From Octopus sinensis (taxonomy: Eukaryota): a DNA stretch of 5,032 nt. The first letter of the stretch is position 1, and each line of letters starts with the position of its first letter. Under the pieces are notes generated by a model, which saw nothing but the letters and a program-made list of their open reading frames with translations, had not been told where the DNA came from and ran no database searches. The stretch spans positions 1 to 5,032 of the forward strand of contig NW_021830009.1 in assembly GCF_006345805.1 (NCBI RefSeq). The letters run 5' to 3'. Shown here one piece after another: positions 1 to 5,032 of this stretch. Position numbers and translations under genes: made by a program.

Positions 1-99
1 GATATGGGTTATTTCCTTAAATCTAATATGGGACTTGGAATATGTGATAAATTGCGTAATTATTATTTAATTTTGGAAACTTCGTATTGTGAGGATATG

Positions 100-161
100 G
101 GGGCACATTAGATTATGTAATAAATTGCGCAATTTTAGAAGGTCCGTAGAACGCAAATATC
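100..161. repeat. 62-bp 'S' monomer with variant head GGGGCACATTAG and a 12-bp internal deletion (also at 1933-1994, 3382-3443, 4022-4083, 4669-4725)
   Basis: TTGCG[TAATATATTATG]CAAT is reduced to TTGCGCAAT in all five copies, so the deletion is not a read error. Confidence 0.95.
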
Positions 162-626
162 GGGGTACTTGAGAATATGTGATAAATTTCGTAATATATT
201 ATTCAATTTTGGAAACTCCGTATTGTGAGGATATGGGGTACTTGAGATTATGTAATAAATTGCGTAATATATGATGCAATTTTAGAAGATCCGTAGAATG
301 CAAATATCGGGGTACTTGAGAATATGTGATAAATTGCGTAATATATTATGCAATTTTGGAAACTCCGTATTGTGAGGATATGGGGGAATTTGAGATTATG
401 TAATAAATTGCGTAATATATTATTCAATTATGGAAACTCCGTATTGTGAGGATTTGGGGGTACTTGAGATTATGTAATAAATTGCGTAATATATGATGCA
501 ATTTTAGAAGATCCGTAGAATGCCAATATCGGGGTACTTGAGATTATGTAATAAATTGCGTAATATATTATGCAATTTTTGAAACTCCATATTGTGAAGA
601 TATGGGGGTACTTGAGATTATGTAAT

Positions 627-652
627 AAATTGCGTAATATATTATGCAATTT
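627..652. other. 26-bp imperfect dyad AAATTGCGTAATATATTATGCAATTT (representative copy; monomer positions 23-48)
   Basis: The reverse complement is AAATTGCATAATATATTACGCAATTT, so 12 of 13 symmetric pairs are Watson-Crick and one is G/T. It has this form in E, H and I monomers and extra mismatches in D, G, C, F, J, K and X. Confidence 0.95.
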
Positions 653-1024
653 TAGAAGGTCCGTAGAACGCAAATATCGGGGTACTTGAGAATATGTGAT
701 AAATTGCGTAATATATTATTTAATTTTGGAAACTCCGTATTGTTAGGATATGGGGGTACTTGAGAATATGTGATAAATTGCGTAATATATTATTCAATTT
801 TGGAAACTCTGTATTGTTAGGATATGGGGGTACTTGAGATTATGTAATAAATTGCGTAATATATTATGCAATTTTAGAAGGTCCGTAGAACGCAAATATC
901 GGGGTACTTGAGAATATGTGATAAATTGCGTAATATATGATGCAATTTTAGAAGATCCGTAGAATGCCAATATCGGGGTACTTGAGATTATGTAATAAAT
1001 TGCGTAATATATTATGCAATTTTT

Positions 1025-1452
1025 GAAACTCCGTATTGTGAGGATATGGGGGAATTTGAGATTATGTAATAAATTGCGTAATATATTATTCAATTATGGA
1101 AACTCCGTATTGTGAGGATTTGGGGGTACTTGAGATTATGTAATAAATTGCGTAATATATGATGCAATTTTAGAAGATCCGTAGAATGCCAATATCGGGG
1201 TACTTGAGATTATGTAATAAATTGCGTAATATATTATGCAATTTTTGAAACTCCATATTGTGAAGATATGGGGGTACTTGAGATTATGTAATAAATTGCG
1301 TAATATATTATGCAATTTTAGAAGGTCCGTAGAACGCAAATATCGGGGTACTTGAGAATATGTGATAAATTGCGTAATATATTATTTAATTTTGGAAACT
1401 CCGTATTGTTAGGATATGGGGGTACTTGAGAATATGTGATAAATTGCGTAAT
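1025..1452. repeat. 428-bp perfect internal duplicate of 359-786 (offset 666 bp = 9 monomers)
   Basis: Monomer-by-monomer comparison (E tail, F, G, H, I, J, next head) shows no difference. The ORF track independently gives identical 67-aa translations at 470..673 and 1136..1339, 666 bp apart. Confidence 0.93.
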
Positions 1453-1859
1453 TATTATTTAATTTTGGAAACTCTGTATGTTAGGATATGGGGTACTTGA
1501 GATTATGTAATAAATTGCGTAATATATTATGCAATTTTAGAAGGTCCGTAGAACGCAAATATCGGGGTACTTGAGATTATGTAATAAATTGCGTAATATA
1601 TGATGCAATTTTAGAAGATCCGTAGAATGCCAATATCGGGGTACTTGAGATTATGTAATAAATTGCGTAATATATTATGCAATTTTAGAAGATCCGTAGA
1701 ATGCCAATATCGGGGTACTTGAGATTATGTAATAAATTGCGTAATATATTATGCAATTTTAGAAGGTCCGTAGAACGCAAATATCGGGGTACTTGAGAAT
1801 ATGTGATAAATTGCGTAATATATTATTTAATTTTGGAAACTCCGTATTGTTAGGATATG

Positions 1860-3309
1860 GGGGTACTTGAGAATATGTGATAAATTGCGTAATTATTATT
1901 TAATTTTGGAAACTTCGTATTGTGAGGATATGGGGGCACATTAGATTATGTAATAAATTGCGCAATTTTAGAAGGTCCGTAGAACGCAAATATCGGGGTA
2001 CTTGAGAATATGTGATAAATTTCGTAATATATTATTCAATTTTGGAAACTCCGTATTGTGAGGATATGGGGTACTTGAGATTATGTAATAAATTGCGTAA
2101 TATATGATGCAATTTTAGAAGATCCGTAGAATGCAAATATCGGGGTACTTGAGAATATGTGATAAATTGCGTAATATATTATGCAATTTTGGAAACTCCG
2201 TATTGTGAGGATATGGGGGAATTTGAGATTATGTAATAAATTGCGTAATATATCATTCAATTATGGAAACTCCGTATTGTGAGGATTTGGGGGTACTTGA
2301 GATTATGTAATAAATTGCGTAATATATGATGCAATTTTAGAAGATCCGTAGAATGCCAATATCGGGGTACTTGAGATTATGTAATAAATTGCGTAATATA
2401 TTATGCATTTTTGACACTCCATATTGTGAAGATATGGGGGTACTTGAGATTATGTAATAAATTGCGTACTATATTATGCAATTTTAGAAGGTCCGTAGAA
2501 CGCAAATATCGGGTACTTGAGAATATGTGATAAATTGCGTAATATTATTTAATTTTGGAACTCCGTATTGTTAGGATATGGGGGTACTTGAGAATATGTG
2601 ATAAATTGCGTAATATATTATTCAATTTTGGAAACTCTGTATTGTTAGGATATGGGGGTACTTGAGATTATGTAATAAATTGCGTAATATATTATGCAAT
2701 TTTAGAAGGTCCGTAGAACGCAAATATCGGGGTACTTGAGATTATGTAATAAATTGCGTAATATATGATGCAATTTTAGAAGATCCGTAGAATGCCAATA
2801 TCGGGGTACTTGAGATTATGTAATAAATTGCGTAATATATTATGCAATTTTTGAAACTCCGTATTGTTAGGATATGGGGGTACTTGAGAATATGTGATAA
2901 ATTGCGTAATATATTATTCAATTTGGAACTCTGTATTGTTAGATATGGGGTACTTGAGATTATGTATTTGCGTTATATTATGCAATTTTAGAAGGTCCGT
3001 AGAACGCAAATATCGGGTACTTGAGATTATGTAATAATTGCGTAATATATGATGCAATTTTAGAAGATCCGTAGAATGCCAATATCGGGGTACTTGAGAT
3101 TATTTCTGACATTTGCGTAATATATTATGCAATTTTTTGAACCTCCATATTGTGAAGATATGGGGTACTTGAGATTATGTAATAATTGCGTAATATATTA
3201 TGCAATTTTAGAAGGTCCGTAGAACGCAAATATCGGGGTACTTGAGAATATGTGATAAATTGCGTAATATATTATTTAATTTTGGAAACTCCGTTTGTTG
3301 TTAGGATAT
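1860..3309. repeat. Higher-order repeat unit 2 (20 monomers; X S C D E F* G H I J K I G [H/J] K I G H I J)
   Basis: S monomers at 1933 and 3382 (offset 1449 bp). The diagnostic monomer variants occur in the same order as in unit 1 for the first 13 monomers. Confidence 0.88.
2581..3161. repeat. Tandem 4-monomer sub-unit (K I G H) x2 within HOR unit 2
   Basis: K (ACTCTGTATTGTTAG) at 2581 and 2877, I at 2655 and 2947, G at 2729 and 3015, H-type at 2803 (chimeric) and 3087. The second copy carries many small deletions. Confidence 0.8.
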
Positions 3310-3947
3310 GGGGTACTTGAGAATATGTGATAAATGCGTAATTATTATTTAATTTTGGAAACTTCGTATTGTGAGGATATGTGGGCACATTAGATTATGT
3401 AATAAATTGCGCAATTTTAGAAGGTCCGTAGAACGCAAATATCGGGGTACTTGAGAATATGTGATAAATTCGTAATATATATTCCATTTTGGAAACTCCG
3501 TATTGTGAGGATATGGGGTACTTGAGATTATGTAATAAATTGCGTAATATATGATGCAATTTTAGAAGATCCGTAGAATGCAAATATCGGGGTACTTGAG
3601 AATATGTGATAAATTGCGTATATATATGCAATTTTGGAAACTCCGTATTGTGAGGATAGGGGGAATTTGAGATTATGTAATAATTGCGTAATATATCATT
3701 CAATTATGGAAACTCCGTATTGGTGAGGATTTGGGGTACTTGAGATTATGTAATAAATGCGTAATATATGAATGCATTTTAGAAATCCGTAGAAGTGCCA
3801 TATCGGGGTACTTGAGATTATGTAATAAATTGCGTAATATATTGCATTTTAGAAGGTCCGTAGAACGCAAATATCGGGGTACTTGAGAATGTGATAAATT
3901 GCGTAATATATTATTTAATTTTGGAGACTCCGTATTGTTAGGATATG
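3310..3947. repeat. Higher-order repeat unit 3 (9 monomers; X S C D E F* G I J, lacking H)
   Basis: S at 3382-3443. G (3733-3804) is followed directly by I (3805-3875), with no H monomer (CTCCATATTGTGAAG) between them. Confidence 0.85.
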
Positions 3948-4597
3948 GGGGTACTTGAGAATATGTGATAAATTGCGTAATATATTATTTAATTTTGGAA
4001 ACTTCGTATTGTGAGGATATGGGGGCACTTTAGATTATGTAATAAATTGCGCAATTTTAGAAGATCCGTAGAATGCAAATATCGGGGTACTTGAGAATAT
4101 GTGATAATTTGCGTAATATATTATGCAATTTTGGAAACTCCGTATTGTGAGGATATGGGGTACTTGAGATTATGTAATAAATTGCGTAATATATTATGCA
4201 ATTTTAGTAGATCCATAGAATGCAAATATCGGGGTTCTTGAGAATATGTGATAAATTGCGTAATATATTATACAATTTTTGAAACTCCATATTGTGAAGA
4301 TATGGGGGCACTTTAGATAATGTAATAAATTACGTAATATATTATTCAATTTTGGAAACTCCGTATTGTGAGGATGTGGGGGTACTTGAGATTATGTTAT
4401 AAATTGCGTAATATATTATGCAATTTTTGAAACTCCATATTGTGAAGATATGGGGGTACTTGAGATTATGTAATAAATTGCGTATTATATTATGCAATTT
4501 TAGAAGGTCCGTAGAACGCAATATCGGGGTACTTGAGAATATGTGATAAATTGCGTAATATATATTTAATTTTGGAAACTCGTATTGTTAGGATATG
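3948..4597. repeat. Higher-order repeat unit 4, variant (9 monomers; X' [S/D] E N1 N2 N3 H I J)
   Basis: The short monomer at 4022-4083 has head GGGGCACTTTAG and a D-type tail. Three monomers seen nowhere else occupy 4157-4378. The standard H I J run follows. Confidence 0.85.
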
Positions 4598-5032
4598 GGG
4601 GTACTTGAGAATATGTGATAAATTGCGAATTATTATTTAATTTTGGAACTTCGTATTGTGAGGATATGGGGGCACATTAGATTATGTAATAATTGCGCAA
4701 TTTTAGAAGGTCCGTAAGCCATATCGGGGTACTTGAGATATTGATAAATTTCGTAATATATTATTCAATTTTGAAACCCGTATTGTGAGGGTATGGGGTA
4801 CTTGAGATTATGTAATAAATTGCGAATATATGATGCAATTTTAGAAGATCCGTAGAATGCAAATATCGGGGTACTTGAGAATATGTGATAAATTGCGTAA
4901 TATATTATGCAATTTGGAAACTCCGTATTGTGAGGATATGGGGGAATTGGAGATTATGTAATAAATTGCGTGATATTATTCAATTATGGAAACTCCGTAT
5001 TGTGAGGATTTGGGGTACTTGAGATTATGTTA
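4598..5032. repeat. Higher-order repeat unit 5, truncated by the window end (X S C D E F ...)
   Basis: X at 4598, S at 4669, C (AATTTCG) at 4726, D at 4795, E at 4868, F (GGGGAATT..., CAATTATGG, GGATTTG) at 4941. Confidence 0.85.

Larger units (their letters stand above)
30..1859. repeat. Higher-order repeat unit 1 (25 monomers; X S C D E F G H I J plus 15 extra monomers)
   Basis: Delimited by the X monomer (TAATTATTATTT...ACTTCG) followed by the 62-bp S monomer at 100-161. The next S is at 1933-1994, an offset of 1833 bp. Positions 39-~573 match 1872-~2406 with one substitution (T421/C2254). Confidence 0.9.
30..5032. repeat. Tandem satellite-type array, 74-bp monomer, 69 complete copies plus a partial copy, running off the 3' end of the window
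   Basis: GGGGTACTTGAG (or a variant head) recurs every 74 bp, e.g. starts at 235, 309, 383, 457, 531, 605, 679, 753, 827, 901, 975, 1049, 1123, 1197, 1271, 1345, 1419. All copies are in the same orientation. There is no unique intervening sequence after about position 38. Confidence 0.99.

Noticed and set aside
3104-3112. Foreign-looking patch TTCTGACAT replacing GTAATAAA in an H monomer
   Set aside because: Single occurrence of about 9 bp in the error-rich part of the window, with the monomer register preserved. Most likely a base-calling glitch, with no sign of an insertion or target-site duplication.
3291-3305. CCGTTTGTTGTTAGG in place of CCGTATTGTTAGG
   Set aside because: Private to one J copy in the noisy region and consistent with a stutter error.
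470-3703. Four minus-strand ORFs in the supplied track (67, 99, 67 and 102 aa)
   Set aside because: They are the repeat read in rotating frames (74 is not a multiple of 3), so the same blocks recur (NILRNLLHNLK, IYYAIYYIISS, KIASYITQFIT). Equivalent HOR copies do not keep the frame. There is no recognisable domain or ribosome-binding context.
100-5015. GGGG(G) run once per monomer and strong + strand G over C skew (16-19 G versus 6-8 C in representative monomers), suggesting a G-quadruplex or telomere-like repeat
   Set aside because: The G-runs are about 70 bp apart, far beyond normal intramolecular G4 loop lengths, and the unit does not resemble a telomerase repeat. The skew is just monomer composition.
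30-5032. CRISPR-like reading: about 44-bp conserved palindromic part plus about 30-bp variable part
   Set aside because: The 'spacers' are only two homologous classes reused dozens of times (19 of 30 positions identical between classes). The 'repeat' part varies too. There is no leader and no cas gene.
30-5032. Rolling-circle or concatemer artefact of a single small circle
   Set aside because: At least 11 distinct monomer types recur with shared diagnostic variants in changing order and at unequal periods (1833, 1449, 640, 647 bp), which one template circle would not produce. Amplification chimerism at individual junctions is not excluded.
30-5032. Assignment to a named satellite family, plasmid iteron array, mitochondrial control region or transposon
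   Set aside because: I do not recognise the monomer. No terminal inverted repeats, rep or transposase gene, tRNA or other flanking marker is present, so a database search (BLASTN, Dfam, Repbase) is needed.

Overview
The window is non-coding. From about position 30-39 to the end it is one head-to-tail tandem array of a 74-bp monomer (about 32-34% GC, G-rich on the + strand): 69 complete monomers plus a partial one. Typical monomer (605-678): GGGGTACTTGAG-ATTATGTAAT-AA-ATTGCGTAAT-AT-ATTATGCAAT-TTTAGAAGGTCCGTAGAACGCAAATATC. Monomers fall into two tail classes (30 'A', 39 'B') and about 11 recurring sequence types, which I label X,S,C,D,E,F,G,H,I,J,K. They are arranged in a higher-order repeat (HOR) of variable length: 25, 20, 9 and 9 monomers, then a partial unit. 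Order read by eye: X S C D E F G H I J K I G' [H/E] F G H I J [X/K] I G G* I J | X S C D E F* G H I J K I G [H/J] K I G H I J | X S C D E F* G I J | X' [S/D] E N1 N2 N3 H I J | X S C D E F... The most notable points are these. (1) The conserved half of the monomer is three 10-bp near-palindromes at 12-bp spacing that match bZIP (PAR/NFIL3, C/EBP, C/EBP-ATF) site consensuses. (2) A 26-bp dyad loses its centre in a recurring 62-bp monomer, which leaves a perfect palindrome. (3) Chimeric monomers switch register in a narrow window just 3' of the dyad. (4) A one-off block of divergent monomers lies at about 3948-4378. The four ORFs in the track are translations of the repeat and are not credible genes. 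There is no gene, RNA gene, CRISPR array or mobile element that I can support. I do not recognise the satellite family or the host. Private 1-2 bp deletions rise sharply after about 2400, which suggests long-read error, so fine detail there is less certain.
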